Shown piece after piece: positions 55,036-64,000 of a stretch of DNA of 64,000 nucleotides. Each line of letters starts with the position of its first letter. Positions within the stretch are counted from its first letter, which is position 1. The stretch is taken from NCBI GenBank assembly GCA_011375175.1, contig DRME01000072.1, forward strand, positions 1,782 to 65,781, written 5' to 3'. The notes below the pieces were generated by a model. The model worked only from the letters and a program-made list of their open reading frames with translations, was not told the origin of the DNA and made no database searches. Source of the stretch: Deltaproteobacteria bacterium (GTDB lineage: Bacteria; Desulfobacterota; GWC2-55-46; DRME01). Made by a program: the position numbers and the translations under genes.

Positions 55036-56079
55036 ATGAAAAAGAAGGCACTCGCATGGCTTCTGTATTACAGCGGGGTCCTGTGGCTGCGGACACTTTA
55101 CAACCGCATATTCGGTTCAAAGAAGCTGATAATACTTGCATATCACCGGGTTCTGGATATCGACCGCAACGCGTTCGCCTACGACGAGGGGGTGGTTGAC
55201 GCCTCTGTGGCCGACTTCGAATGGCAGATGAAATTCGTATCCCGCCATTTCGATGTGATAACCTTCGGCGACCTCGACAGATACGCCACAAGAGAGGCGT
55301 TGCCAAAAAATCCCCTCATTATAACATTCGATGACGGCTACAAGGACAACTATACCAATGCCTATCCCATACTCAAGAAATACGGCCTTCCGGCGGTAAT
55401 CTTTCTCGCCACCGGCCATATCGGCACGGATAAGCTCTTTTGGTGGGATAGGCTCGCCTATCTGATCAAGATGACGGATAGGAAGAGGATGGATGTTGCG
55501 CCGTCGTTAGGCTTTGATCTGAGGGGAAGGGGGGAGAGAAGCAGAGCCATCCGGGAGGTGGACGCCTGGCTCAAGACCATGGGGGACGACGAAAAGGAGA
55601 GGGTCTTAGCCTCCCTCGAAGAAACGCTCGACGTCGACATTTCCCCGGCCGTGGGCGAGGGAATGCTCCTCTCTTGGGATGACGTCGAAGCCATGTCGGA
55701 AGGTGGTGTGGAGTTCGGGGCTCATACGGACAGTCACAGGATCCTTACCAACATATCGTCATCTCAAGAGATTCTGGAAGAGATCGAGATTTCCCGTAAA
55801 AAGATCGAGGAACATATCGGCCGGCCCGTAATCTCCTTTGCCTATCCGTCGGGGAAGGTCGATGAAAGGTCCAAGGAGTTGCTTGCAAAGACTGGTCTGA
55901 AGTTTGCCTGCACATGCGAGGGGGGGAGTAACCCCATTGACAGGGACCCTCTACAACTGCGACGATTTCTCGTGAACCCCTCTATAGACAGGCGTATGTT
56001 TGCGGCTCTGCTGCTCTTTCCTTCTCTCATGAGTATGAATCTTCCCGGTGTCTTCTCGTTTCCGGCAGGGAAGAGATAA
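55036..56079 (+). CDS. Polysaccharide deacetylase family protein (exosortase/EPS-locus type)
   Basis: KLIILAYHRVLDIDRN..., NPLIITFDDGYKDNYTNAYPILKKYGLPAVIFLATGHIGT (NodB-like motif DDGY...), ...EFGAHTDSHRIL. Confidence 0.75.
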   Translation: MKKKALAWLLYYSGVLWLRTLYNRIFGSKKLIILAYHRVLDIDRNAFAYDEGVVDASVADFEWQMKFVSRHFDVITFGDLDRYATREALPKNPLIITFDDGYKDNYTNAYPILKKYGLPAVIFLATGHIGTDKLFWWDRLAYLIKMTDRKRMDVAPSLGFDLRGRGERSRAIREVDAWLKTMGDDEKERVLASLEETLDVDISPAVGEGMLLSWDDVEAMSEGGVEFGAHTDSHRILTNISSSQEILEEIEISRKKIEEHIGRPVISFAYPSGKVDERSKELLAKTGLKFACTCEGGSNPIDRDPLQLRRFLVNPSIDRRMFAALLLFPSLMSMNLPGVFSFPAGKR

Positions 56080-56166
56080 GATCGGGGCATCAAAAGAAGT
56101 ACGGAGAGGTCTTTGCCCCCATGGCTGGAGGATGAAGGGCTGCTTAGTGTGCCGCTGTGATCGACG

Positions 56167-57780
56167 ATGAACAAGAACAGCTACGAGGAGCAGACGCCCG
56201 CCGCTTCGCTTCCTCCCTGCGCCGGGCCTTCCCGCCGGGATGCCGCCGCGCCGGGGCGGCAGAGCCATCCGCTGCCGGATGCGCTCAGGGATTCGCCGGC
56301 CGTCGTCCTCGTGCTCTGCATGGCGGTCATCCTCCTCTTGGTCCTTTATATTCCGGTCTTCGCATCATTTGTGGATGTATGGTGGAACTCCAAGGTATAT
56401 TCCTACGGCTTCTTCGTCATCTTCATAAGCCTCTATCTGGCGTGGGACGACAGGGAGAGGCTCGCAAGGGCCGCCGTGGCGCCGTCGCTCGGCGCGGGCT
56501 CAGCCGTCGTGGCCGCGGCCGGCGTCCTGTATGTGGCGGGCGGGGCCGGCGCCGTGGATATGCTCCGGCAGCTCTCCTTCGTGGTCATGGTGGCTGGACT
56601 TACGCTGCTGCTGGCGGGCAGGGAGGTTCTTCGGGTGCTGTCGTTTCCCGTGGCGAACCTGCTCTTCATGATCCCCTTTCTCGACGCCGTTACCACGAAG
56701 GTCCACTGGCCGTTCCAGTTGCTCGCAGCCCGGGCCAGCGCCTGGGTGCTCAAACTCATGAGCGTGCCCGTCTTCAGGGACGCCCAGTTCCTTGAGCTGC
56801 CCACAACGCGCCTTGAAGTGGCAGTCGAGTGCAGCGGGCTGAGCTACCTCATGTCCATACTGGCCGTAAGCGTCCCGCTTGCGCACATTACGCAGCGAGG
56901 CTGGAAGAGGAAGGCGGCCCTCGTCGCCGCGGCCCTGCTCGTGGCCGTGGCGGCCAACGTCTTGAGGGTGGTCCTCATAGGGTGGTGGGTGTACTTCCAC
57001 AACCATACGACCGTTCACGGCCCGCTCCATATCTTTCAGGGATTCTTCGTCTTCCAGGTGGGGCTGGTCTTCCTGTTCATCCTCGCCTGGCTCTTTTCAC
57101 GTCTACCGGCCGCCGGGGCCGCAGGCCCGGCGCCCTCGGCGGCGGAGCCGGTGGCTGTGGACGGCCGGAGGCTGGCCCTGTCGGCCGTTACGGCCGTGGC
57201 GCTGCTCGCTTCGGTACTCGCCTGCTCGAACTTCAGGCGTCCTCAGCCCGTTGGCCTGAAAGAGGACCTCTCGGCCGTGCCCGCTGTCCTGGGCGACTGG
57301 AGGGCGAGGGGCGAGGGGGGGACGAGGCGGTGGTTCAACGAGTTCGAAGGGGCCGATACCGAGCTTCTCAGGACTTACCGGGACCGGGCCGGCAGGGAGA
57401 CGGACCTCTACATCGGCTACTTCGCATCGATGAGACAGGGCGGGGAGCTGGCCGGCTACCTCGCCACCAAGATGCACCGTGGCGTGGAGGAGACCGAGGT
57501 GGACGCAGAGGGCGGCTCCGTCAAGGTCAACAGAGCCGTGTTGCGGGCCGGGGGCGGAAGCTTTCTCGTCCACTTCTGGTACCATCTCAACGGCCGGGTG
57601 GTGACCGACCTGTACGGCGTCAAGCTGCTGACCATATACAACGCCCTCGTCAACGGACGCAGTAACGGGGCCGTCGTCGTCGTCTCGACGAGGCTCGGAG
57701 GCGACGACACGACAGCGGTGGAGGAAGGCCAGAGGCGTTTCGTCGAGACGGTCCTGGCCGTGACAGAGGGGCTTTTCTGA
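56167..57780 (+). CDS. Exosortase (EpsH/Xrt family) fused to a C-terminal EpsI-like exosortase-associated domain
   Basis: Eight or so TM helices with exosortase hallmarks: WNSKVYSYGFFVIFISLYLAW, catalytic Cys context LEVAVECSGLSYLMSIL, Arg motif AANVLRVVLIGWW. C-terminal soluble region (about 230 aa: DLYIGYFASMRQGGELAGYLATKMHRG...LVHFWYHLNGRVVTD...) resembles the EpsI family. High-GC (native) composition. Confidence 0.75.
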   Translation: MNKNSYEEQTPAASLPPCAGPSRRDAAAPGRQSHPLPDALRDSPAVVLVLCMAVILLLVLYIPVFASFVDVWWNSKVYSYGFFVIFISLYLAWDDRERLARAAVAPSLGAGSAVVAAAGVLYVAGGAGAVDMLRQLSFVVMVAGLTLLLAGREVLRVLSFPVANLLFMIPFLDAVTTKVHWPFQLLAARASAWVLKLMSVPVFRDAQFLELPTTRLEVAVECSGLSYLMSILAVSVPLAHITQRGWKRKAALVAAALLVAVAANVLRVVLIGWWVYFHNHTTVHGPLHIFQGFFVFQVGLVFLFILAWLFSRLPAAGAAGPAPSAAEPVAVDGRRLALSAVTAVALLASVLACSNFRRPQPVGLKEDLSAVPAVLGDWRARGEGGTRRWFNEFEGADTELLRTYRDRAGRETDLYIGYFASMRQGGELAGYLATKMHRGVEETEVDAEGGSVKVNRAVLRAGGGSFLVHFWYHLNGRVVTDLYGVKLLTIYNALVNGRSNGAVVVVSTRLGGDDTTAVEEGQRRFVETVLAVTEGLF

Positions 57781-57796
57781 ACGGCGGCGCAGGCTC

Positions 57797-58945
57797 TTGT
57801 CTCAGCACGTTTCGTCTGCACAACGTGGCGTAGCGAAGGACGATACAGCATTGATGAAGGTCAGGGTCGTAAGCGATGAAGGGGAGTTCCGCGCCATGAG
57901 ACAGGCGTGGGACGCCCTGCTCGGCAGGTCGGGGACGGGCAGCGTCTTCCTCACATGGGAATGGCTCTACACCTGGTGGAAGTCGTTCGGCGACGACAAG
58001 CAGCTCTACATAATTGTCGCCGGCGACGACGAGACGAGGGCCATACTCCCCCTCTACAGGCGAAAGGTCCCGGGCTTTGTCTATCCAGGCTCCGTGAAGC
58101 TCGAGTTTCTCGGCACCGGCGAAGAGCGCAGCGACGAAGTCTGTTCCTACATGCTCGACATGATAGCGGAGGCGGGCTGTGAGGAGCAGGCTTACGCCGA
58201 CATCTTCGCCTTCCTGCGCGAGGTCCGTCCCTGCGACTGGGACTTGATGTCGCTTAAGTTCGTCTCCTCCCGTTCGGGATTCATCGACGCCGCGAGGCGC
58301 TACTTCGGAGAGGACGCCTATACGGTCCATGTGGAGGAGAGCTTCCGCAACGGCATAACCCTCCTGGACGACGGCTGGCAGGGGTTCTACAACGGTCTCG
58401 GGAAAAAGACCCGCAAGATGGTGAGAAGCGGCAGGAGGCGGCTTGAGTCCATGAACGGCTTTTCATACAGGTTCCTGCAGCGGCGCGACGAGCTTAGCGG
58501 TATGCTCGACGCCTTCGTGAAGCTGAGCCTCAAGAGGTGGGGCGGGGGAGGGGCCTTCGCGAGCCCCAAGTTCAGCAGCTTCCAGAGGGCCGTGTGCGAG
58601 GAGTTCGCCGACCGGGGGATGCTCAAGCTCTCCCTGATGGAGGTCGGGGGCAGACCCGTGGCCGGCAACCTCGACTACTGCTACAGGGACACGGTGTACG
58701 GATATCAGACGGCCTTCGACGCCGGTTTCAGCAAGAACTTGAGCGTGGGGCTTCTGGGCATGCTCTACTGCATCGAGAACGCCGCCGAAGAAGGGTTCAG
58801 GAAGTATGACTGGTACAGGGTGGCCCGGGAGAGCTACAAGGAGCGCTTCATAAGCTGCTATGAAGAGATCGTGAACTTGGTGGTGGCCAGGAAGAGCTTC
58901 TACATCGCGCTGCTCGGCCTGTTAGGGAGGCTCAAGAAGCTGTGA
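57797..58945 (+). CDS. FemAB-like / CelD-like GNAT-fold acyltransferase, paralog B (high-GC)
   Basis: MKVRVVSDEGEFRAMRQAWDALLGRSGTGSVFLTWEWLYTWWKSFGDDKQLYIIVAGDD...GNLDYCYRDTVYGYQTAFDAGFSKNLSVGLLGMLYCIENAAEEGFRKYDW. Confidence 0.7.
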   Translation: MSQHVSSAQRGVAKDDTALMKVRVVSDEGEFRAMRQAWDALLGRSGTGSVFLTWEWLYTWWKSFGDDKQLYIIVAGDDETRAILPLYRRKVPGFVYPGSVKLEFLGTGEERSDEVCSYMLDMIAEAGCEEQAYADIFAFLREVRPCDWDLMSLKFVSSRSGFIDAARRYFGEDAYTVHVEESFRNGITLLDDGWQGFYNGLGKKTRKMVRSGRRRLESMNGFSYRFLQRRDELSGMLDAFVKLSLKRWGGGGAFASPKFSSFQRAVCEEFADRGMLKLSLMEVGGRPVAGNLDYCYRDTVYGYQTAFDAGFSKNLSVGLLGMLYCIENAAEEGFRKYDWYRVARESYKERFISCYEEIVNLVVARKSFYIALLGLLGRLKKL

Positions 58946-58970
58946 GAGCGTCGTCGCCTCGGAGTGTCGG

Positions 58971-60128
58971 ATGATCAGGTTGCTTGCATCAGTAGCCGAG
59001 AAGTTGGCCAGGGCCGCCGAGCTCGAGCGTTGCGACCGCAGGCTGCGGGGGCTCAACGCCATGGTCTTTCTCACCTACAGGTGCGGGAGTCGATGCAGGA
59101 CCTGCACCATGTGGAAGAGGACGGACCCGTCGTCGGAGGAGCTGGGATGGGAGCAGTGGCGCACGGTGCTCGACAGGCTCTGCGCCTACGGCATAAAGAC
59201 GGTAGAGCTCTTCGGCGGCGACGCCCTGTTGCGAAAGGACATAATCTTCCGGATGATAGAGCATTGCAGCCGGAACGGCATGGCCACCTACTTCCCTACG
59301 AACAGCCTGCTGCTCGACCGTGATACCGCGGCCTCGCTGGTAGAGGCCGGGCTCGATACCATTTACTTCTCGCTCGACGACGTCGGTGAGACGGGAGACG
59401 CCATTCGGGGAAGCGACGGCTCTTTTGCCAAGGTGAAGCAGGCGCTCGAGAACGTCCTTGCCGAGCGCGGCGAGGCGCGGCATCCGAAGATCGAGGTATG
59501 CACGACCGTATCCAACATGAACTGCGACCGTTTCGTCGAGATCGTCCGGTTCCTCTCCCGTTACCGTGTCGATACGATCAACCCCAGGGTGGTCGGCGAG
59601 TTCTCGAAGGAGAAGGTGGAGTCCTCCGTCGTCGACGGTGTGAGGGCCGAGCCCTACTTCGTGCCCAGCGACGGGAGCTCGCACCTTCTGAGCGCCGACG
59701 AACTCCGGCGCTTCAGGGAGTCGCTCGACGCGGCAGACTGTATCGAGGGCGCTCCCTTCGTCAACCGCTGGGCCGTGGACATGGCCGGCGATGACGCCTT
59801 CACAAAGGGACTCTACGAGGCGGAAAGGTGCCTGTTGTGCACCACCCTCGTCACCGTGGACCCTTACGGAAACGCCATGCCGTGCCCCATGTTCCGTGAC
59901 TACAGGCTGGGCAGCCTTGTGGAGGCGGACCCGGGGCAGGTGTGGGGCAACGCCCGTCACCGCATCTTCGTCGAACGCCAGAGGGCGGGGGCGATAGAGC
60001 TCTGCCGTAACTGCAACATAAGGATCTACTATCCGCGTCTGGCCGATGTGATGAAGTACTATTACAGGAAGGCCCGGGAGAAGGCGTGGAGGAGGTTGGG
60101 GCGGAGCGCCTCGTCCGGGACGCCGTGA
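58971..60128 (+). CDS. Radical SAM / SPASM-domain protein (EPS-locus associated)
   Basis: MVFLTYRCGSRCRTCTMW (Cx3Cx2C). ...FGGDALLRKDI... C-terminal Cys cluster CLLCTTLVTVDPYGNAMPCPMF...CRNCNI (SPASM-like). Same family as the partial gene at 63593 and the pseudogene fragment at 49154. Confidence 0.75.
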   Translation: MIRLLASVAEKLARAAELERCDRRLRGLNAMVFLTYRCGSRCRTCTMWKRTDPSSEELGWEQWRTVLDRLCAYGIKTVELFGGDALLRKDIIFRMIEHCSRNGMATYFPTNSLLLDRDTAASLVEAGLDTIYFSLDDVGETGDAIRGSDGSFAKVKQALENVLAERGEARHPKIEVCTTVSNMNCDRFVEIVRFLSRYRVDTINPRVVGEFSKEKVESSVVDGVRAEPYFVPSDGSSHLLSADELRRFRESLDAADCIEGAPFVNRWAVDMAGDDAFTKGLYEAERCLLCTTLVTVDPYGNAMPCPMFRDYRLGSLVEADPGQVWGNARHRIFVERQRAGAIELCRNCNIRIYYPRLADVMKYYYRKAREKAWRRLGRSASSGTP

Positions 60129-60772
60129 GCCCGTCGCTGTGGGGGAAGATAAGGAAGGCCTACAGGGAGGGCGGCCTCGGCCTCGTCGCCGTCAGGGCGC
60201 GGAAGGTCCTCCTGCGGAGCAACTCGGCGTGGTGGTACGTAAGGGACCTCTCCAGGCCGGTCGCGGCGCGGGATTGCGGGCTCGACGTCCGTGTATCGAG
60301 AGAAGCGCCCGGGCCGGTCGTCGAGTACATGAGGCGCAAGGAGTACCTCAACGACAGGGAGCTCCGCGAGGCGCGAAGGTCCGGCCACTGGTTCGTCGGT
60401 CTCTACGAGGGCGGCGGTGTCGCCGGCTTCTGCAAGTGCGGCTTCACGAGCGTCTACGTGAACGACTTCGGCGAGGTCCTGACTCTGCCCCCTCATGTGG
60501 CCTTCATATACGAGTATGAAATAGACGAGCGGCTGCGGGGCAGGGGGGTGGGCGGCTTCTTCGTGGGCCGGGTGCTCGAGGCGTTGCGGGAGGCCGGCTT
60601 CCGTCACGTCATCTGCCACGTGCCGCCGTGGAACAAGGCGTCGATGAAGGTCGTAGAACGGTGCGGCTTCGAGAAGGTAGGCTACATCAGGTTCGTGGAA
60701 GTGGCGGGACTCAAGTTCAGGACGGGAAGTGTCGAGACAATACTTGCATCTCTGGAGAAGGGGAGCGGCTGA
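60086..60772 (+). CDS. GNAT-family N-acetyltransferase
   Basis: HWFVGLYEGGGVAGFCKCGFTSVYVNDFGEVLTLPPHVAFIYEYEIDERLRGRGVGGFFVGRVLEALREAGFRHVICHVPPWNKASMKVVERCGFEKVG (acetyl-CoA binding R-G-x-G-x-G motif). The start is uncertain; an ATG near 60332 is also possible. Confidence 0.6.
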   Translation: MEEVGAERLVRDAVSPSLWGKIRKAYREGGLGLVAVRARKVLLRSNSAWWYVRDLSRPVAARDCGLDVRVSREAPGPVVEYMRRKEYLNDRELREARRSGHWFVGLYEGGGVAGFCKCGFTSVYVNDFGEVLTLPPHVAFIYEYEIDERLRGRGVGGFFVGRVLEALREAGFRHVICHVPPWNKASMKVVERCGFEKVGYIRFVEVAGLKFRTGSVETILASLEKGSG

Positions 60773-61869
60773 TGGACGGGCTTGACAGGCGGGGCTTTCT
60801 GCGGCTTCTCGCCGGGCTCGGCCTCTGCGCCCTCGGCCCCCTGCCGGCGGGGGCGCAGGCGGCGCCGTCGCGGTCCTCTTCCGTCCTTTCGCCGGAGAAG
60901 GGCGGGGACCGGGTGGTGGCGCTATCGTCGGAAAAGCTCTTCCCCTGGGACGGCCGAAGCCGTCCCTACGTGGATGCGGTGGAGAGGGAGGAGCTTGATC
61001 GTCTCGTCGACGCCGGCGTCAAGAGGCTCACCGGGGCGGCGAGCGCAAGGCAGGCGTGGCGCTCGCTCTTCGACTACGGCAGGGGTGAGAAGGTCGCCCT
61101 GAAGCCGAACCTCAACTGGATAAAGGACGGCTTTGAAAAGGTCGTGACCTCGCCCCAGCTTGTGGGCAGCACCATACGGGGCCTCGTGGAGCATGTGGGC
61201 GTGCGCGAAAGCGACATCTTCGTCTACGACGTCTCCCGTCCCATCCCCGCCGCCTACAGGGAGAGGGTCGGCTACGACGTGCGTTACGTCCAGCGGGCCG
61301 TCTCCTTCAGCGCCAGGGTGTACAGGCGGATATTCGGCGACCTGACCAGTCCGTCGCAGCGGCGGGTGCCCTTGAGTAACCGTGTGGTGACCGACGAAGG
61401 GGTGGAGCTCGGCTGCTTTGTGCCGCAGGTGGTGGCGCGGTGCGACCACCTCGTGAACCTGCCGGTGCTCAAGTCCCATCAGTTCGTGCTCTTCTCCGGG
61501 GCCATGAAAAACCTCTTCGGCAGCGTCGTCTTCGATAACGGCGACACCACTCCGCGCCATATGCACGGAGCGCACCTTGAGGACCACATAGCCGAGGTTG
61601 CCGCGTCCATGAGGGATGTCACCAGGCTTGTCGTCTGCGACGCCATGGCCGGCACGTGGAGCGACGAGCGTCACGGAGCGCCGGAGCGATGGGAGAGTTT
61701 CGGCGGCGGCTGGCCCTCGTCGCTATTCTTCGCCCGCTGCGCGGTGGCGATGGATGGACATCTGCGCCGCGTGGTGGCCGCCGAGAGGAGTCTGCGCGGC
61801 CTTGAGCTGAGGTCGAGTGCCTTTGTCGAGAGGGCAAAAGAGCTGACAGGATGCGGAAAAAACCCCTGA
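60772..61869 (+). CDS. Tat-signal DUF362-domain protein
   Basis: MDGLDRRGFLRLLAGLGLCALGPLPAGAQA (twin-arginine motif). DUF362-like core GEKVALKPNLNWIKDG..., NLPVLKSHQF. Confidence 0.55.
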   Translation: MDGLDRRGFLRLLAGLGLCALGPLPAGAQAAPSRSSSVLSPEKGGDRVVALSSEKLFPWDGRSRPYVDAVEREELDRLVDAGVKRLTGAASARQAWRSLFDYGRGEKVALKPNLNWIKDGFEKVVTSPQLVGSTIRGLVEHVGVRESDIFVYDVSRPIPAAYRERVGYDVRYVQRAVSFSARVYRRIFGDLTSPSQRRVPLSNRVVTDEGVELGCFVPQVVARCDHLVNLPVLKSHQFVLFSGAMKNLFGSVVFDNGDTTPRHMHGAHLEDHIAEVAASMRDVTRLVVCDAMAGTWSDERHGAPERWESFGGGWPSSLFFARCAVAMDGHLRRVVAAERSLRGLELRSSAFVERAKELTGCGKNP

Positions 61870-62076
61870 TTGTCATTGCGAAGAGTGATTTCCGCGACGG
61901 AGCAATCAAGTGTCTGTTTTATTCAAAGACGAAAGGGCTTTGCGGTCCTCCGCTCGCCATGACCTCATTTCGGGTTTTCCTCATCCTGATATTGCGACGA
62001 TGGGTGTCACCGACTAAGCGGGAGCAGACACAGGCCGCCACCGCATGAGCGTCAATGAACAAGTAGTGGTTATCGT

Positions 62077-63573
62077 ATGTCAGGGAAGGTAGACGGATAC
62101 CAGGTGCATACTGAACTCAGAAATTTTCTGCAACATTCCTCTGTGTATTTCGTCGGAAACCTTTTGAACAGGCTTGCCGTCTTTGTACTGCTCCCAGTCT
62201 ATACGAATTATTTGAGGCCGGAAGAGTACGGCCTCCTTGAGCTCGTCCTGGTCCTCAGCTCCATTACGAGGGAACTGCTGGGGTTGCGTCTCGGTCATGC
62301 AACTATCCGATTCTTCTTCGAATACGACGACGTGGCGGACAGAAAGAGACTTGTCGGCACCTCGCTCGTCTCCATAACAGTCTGGTGTCTTCTGCTGACC
62401 ATTCTGCTCATGGCGTTTTCGAAGCACTTTTCGGTTCTTCTCTACGGGAGCAGCGAATACGCTCTCCTCATCGTGCTCGGTTTTGGCTGCATGTTTTTCG
62501 AGGTAACCAACCAGGTCCCTTTAGCTTTCATGAGGGCGGCGAAGCGCTCTGTCTTGTTTGTCTCTTCGTCTTTCGTCCATCTGGTAATTCGGATCGCGCT
62601 CAACATTTATCTTGTCGTCTTCCTCCATAAAGGAGTAGAGGGGGTCCTTCTCGGAAACCTGATCACGAGCTTTTTTTACTGGTCTTTTCTCAACATATTT
62701 GTGATCTGGCACTCGGGGCTCAGTTTTGATTTCCCGAAACTCAAGAATCTATGGATGTATAGTTATCCGCTGGTTATTGCGGCGCTACCGGGAATCTTTC
62801 TGTCGAACATGGACAGAATATTTCTCGGTTGGTACACCTCCCTTGAGACCGTCGGCATATACGCTCTCGCAATCAGGTTCGGTCTTCTGATTCACGCCTT
62901 GCTTCTCAATCCTTTTCAGATGAATTACGGTCCTTTCAGGTTCTCCATAATGAAGCAGGACAATGCGCCGCAGCTATATTCTCGGATGCTCATCTATTTC
63001 CTTTATGTAGTGACGGTTGTGGGTCTTGCTGTTGCCTTCTTCTCCCGTGAGATAATTGAGGTCATGGCTTCAGAGGCCTTTGTGGACGCCTACAAGTTCG
63101 TTCCCTTTATAGTGCTTGCCATTATCTTCAACGGTATAAACTATATCTTTCAGACAGGCTTAATGATCGCGAAGAAAACAGCCGATATAGCCTATATCAC
63201 GGTCATTGGCGCGGCGGTTAATGTGGCGTCGCTCTATATTCTGGTTCCGAAGCTGGGTATCTACGGTGCTATAATCACTTACGTGCTGGTGTCCTTTCTC
63301 ATGATGACGCTTACTTACGTGTTGTCGCAGAAATACTATCGTATCGATTACGACTTGCTGCGTGCCGGAAAGATTGCAGCAGTAGCTTTTACGCTTTTCC
63401 TTGCAACGTCGTTGCTGGATGCGATGGCATTTTATGAAAGGGTGGTGTCCAAGACTTTTCTGATCCTGACCTTTCCTTTTCTCCTCGTGCCGCTGGGATT
63501 CTATACGAAAGGCGAGATTGAGAAGTTTCAGGTGCTCAGGCAAAAAGTGGGCCTGAGATTTTTTTCGCAATAA
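62077..63573 (+). CDS. Wzx-like oligosaccharide/polysaccharide flippase (MOP superfamily); low-GC gene
   Basis: 498 aa with about 12-14 TM helices. N-terminal SVYFVGNLLNRLAVFVLLPVYTNYLRPEEYG (Polysacc_synt family signature). Confidence 0.7.
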   Translation: MSGKVDGYQVHTELRNFLQHSSVYFVGNLLNRLAVFVLLPVYTNYLRPEEYGLLELVLVLSSITRELLGLRLGHATIRFFFEYDDVADRKRLVGTSLVSITVWCLLLTILLMAFSKHFSVLLYGSSEYALLIVLGFGCMFFEVTNQVPLAFMRAAKRSVLFVSSSFVHLVIRIALNIYLVVFLHKGVEGVLLGNLITSFFYWSFLNIFVIWHSGLSFDFPKLKNLWMYSYPLVIAALPGIFLSNMDRIFLGWYTSLETVGIYALAIRFGLLIHALLLNPFQMNYGPFRFSIMKQDNAPQLYSRMLIYFLYVVTVVGLAVAFFSREIIEVMASEAFVDAYKFVPFIVLAIIFNGINYIFQTGLMIAKKTADIAYITVIGAAVNVASLYILVPKLGIYGAIITYVLVSFLMMTLTYVLSQKYYRIDYDLLRAGKIAAVAFTLFLATSLLDAMAFYERVVSKTFLILTFPFLLVPLGFYTKGEIEKFQVLRQKVGLRFFSQ

Positions 63574-63592
63574 GCCTCGGTCGGAGATGCCG

Positions 63593-64000
63593 ATGTCATA
63601 CAAAAAATATCTGAAAGCATTTGTAAAGAAGATCGTACCCCCTGTAGTCATCAGTAATGTCAAGGGAACGGTGGATGCCATCAGGACTTATTATCCTGAC
63701 TTTATTTTCGGAGATGGCAAGGTTAGGTCGTTGCGGAGTGTCTGCATCGAGGTTACCTTCAAGTGCAACTGCCGTTGTCAGATGTGTCCTCTCTACGGAG
63801 TTCAGGTGGATGGAGGTAAGGAGCTTTTAGAGTCCATCGGCAAGGAACCGGAGATGACGGTGGAAGAGTTCAAGATGCTGTTTGACGGACTCAAAAAGAT
63901 GGGGACCCAGTCGGTAGCCTTTTCAGGAGGGGAGGCGTTCCTGAGAAAGGATATGGCGGATATCACCAGGCTTGCAAAGGATGCCGGCTTCGAGGTCCAC
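63593..64000 (+). CDS. Radical SAM protein, N-terminal part (continues past window end)
   Basis: ATG 63593. MSYKKYLKAFVKKIVPPVVISNVKGTVDAIRTYYPDFIFGDGKVRSLRSVCIEVTFKCNCRCQMCPLYG...VAFSGGEAFLRKDMADITRLAKDAGFEV; Cx3Cx2C and GGE motif. Paralogous to 58971..60128. Absent from the ORF track because no stop occurs in-window. Confidence 0.7.
   Translation, partial: MSYKKYLKAFVKKIVPPVVISNVKGTVDAIRTYYPDFIFGDGKVRSLRSVCIEVTFKCNCRCQMCPLYGVQVDGGKELLESIGKEPEMTVEEFKMLFDGLKKMGTQSVAFSGGEAFLRKDMADITRLAKDAGFEVH

Overview
This is a high-GC (about 65-70%) bacterial chromosomal window, probably from a Desulfobacterota/Geobacter-like deltaproteobacterium. Almost every gene from about 3.7 kb onward is on the + strand.

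There are five main blocks. (1) 3774-20124 is a 16-kb co-directional, tightly packed array: a YVTN beta-propeller lipoprotein, a roughly 700-aa outer-membrane beta-barrel, three paralogous TolB-N/LpoB-like lipoproteins (one with tandem Ig-like repeats), a SurA-like PPIase, a HAMP membrane protein, four multiheme c-type cytochromes (5, about 26, about 15 and 3 CxxCH sites) and an NHL propeller. I read this as a candidate porin-cytochrome extracellular electron transfer module. (2) 33.7-41.7 kb holds an HD-GYP response regulator, an ANTAR response regulator, then two six-heme OmcS-family (cytochrome nanowire-like) proteins bracketing two NHL-repeat proteins. (3) 24.3-33.4 kb is a conserved housekeeping yceD-rpmF-plsX-fabH-fabD-fabG-acpP-fabF-rpiB-glyA cluster. 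(4) 45.5-64 kb is a polysaccharide/exosortase-type locus: cysDN, FemAB-like GNAT paralogs, a sulfatase-like gene, a polysaccharide deacetylase, an exosortase-EpsI fusion, radical SAM/SPASM genes and a Wzx flippase. Low-GC (about 45-50%) islands are embedded at 49.0-56.1 kb and 61.9-64 kb, and there is a decayed radical-SAM gene fragment. (5) At least 11 copies of a modular, hairpin-rich MITE-like intergenic element with terminal inverted repeats GGAAGCTCTGATT / AATCAGAGCTTCC punctuate operon boundaries, including inside the fab cluster.

The left end carries a Tes/GDGT-MAS-like multi-cluster radical SAM gene, a LolA-like gene and a DedA-like gene on the minus strand. No rRNA, tRNA or CRISPR array was recognised. 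Many large ORFs in the six-frame track are antisense high-GC artefacts and were not called.
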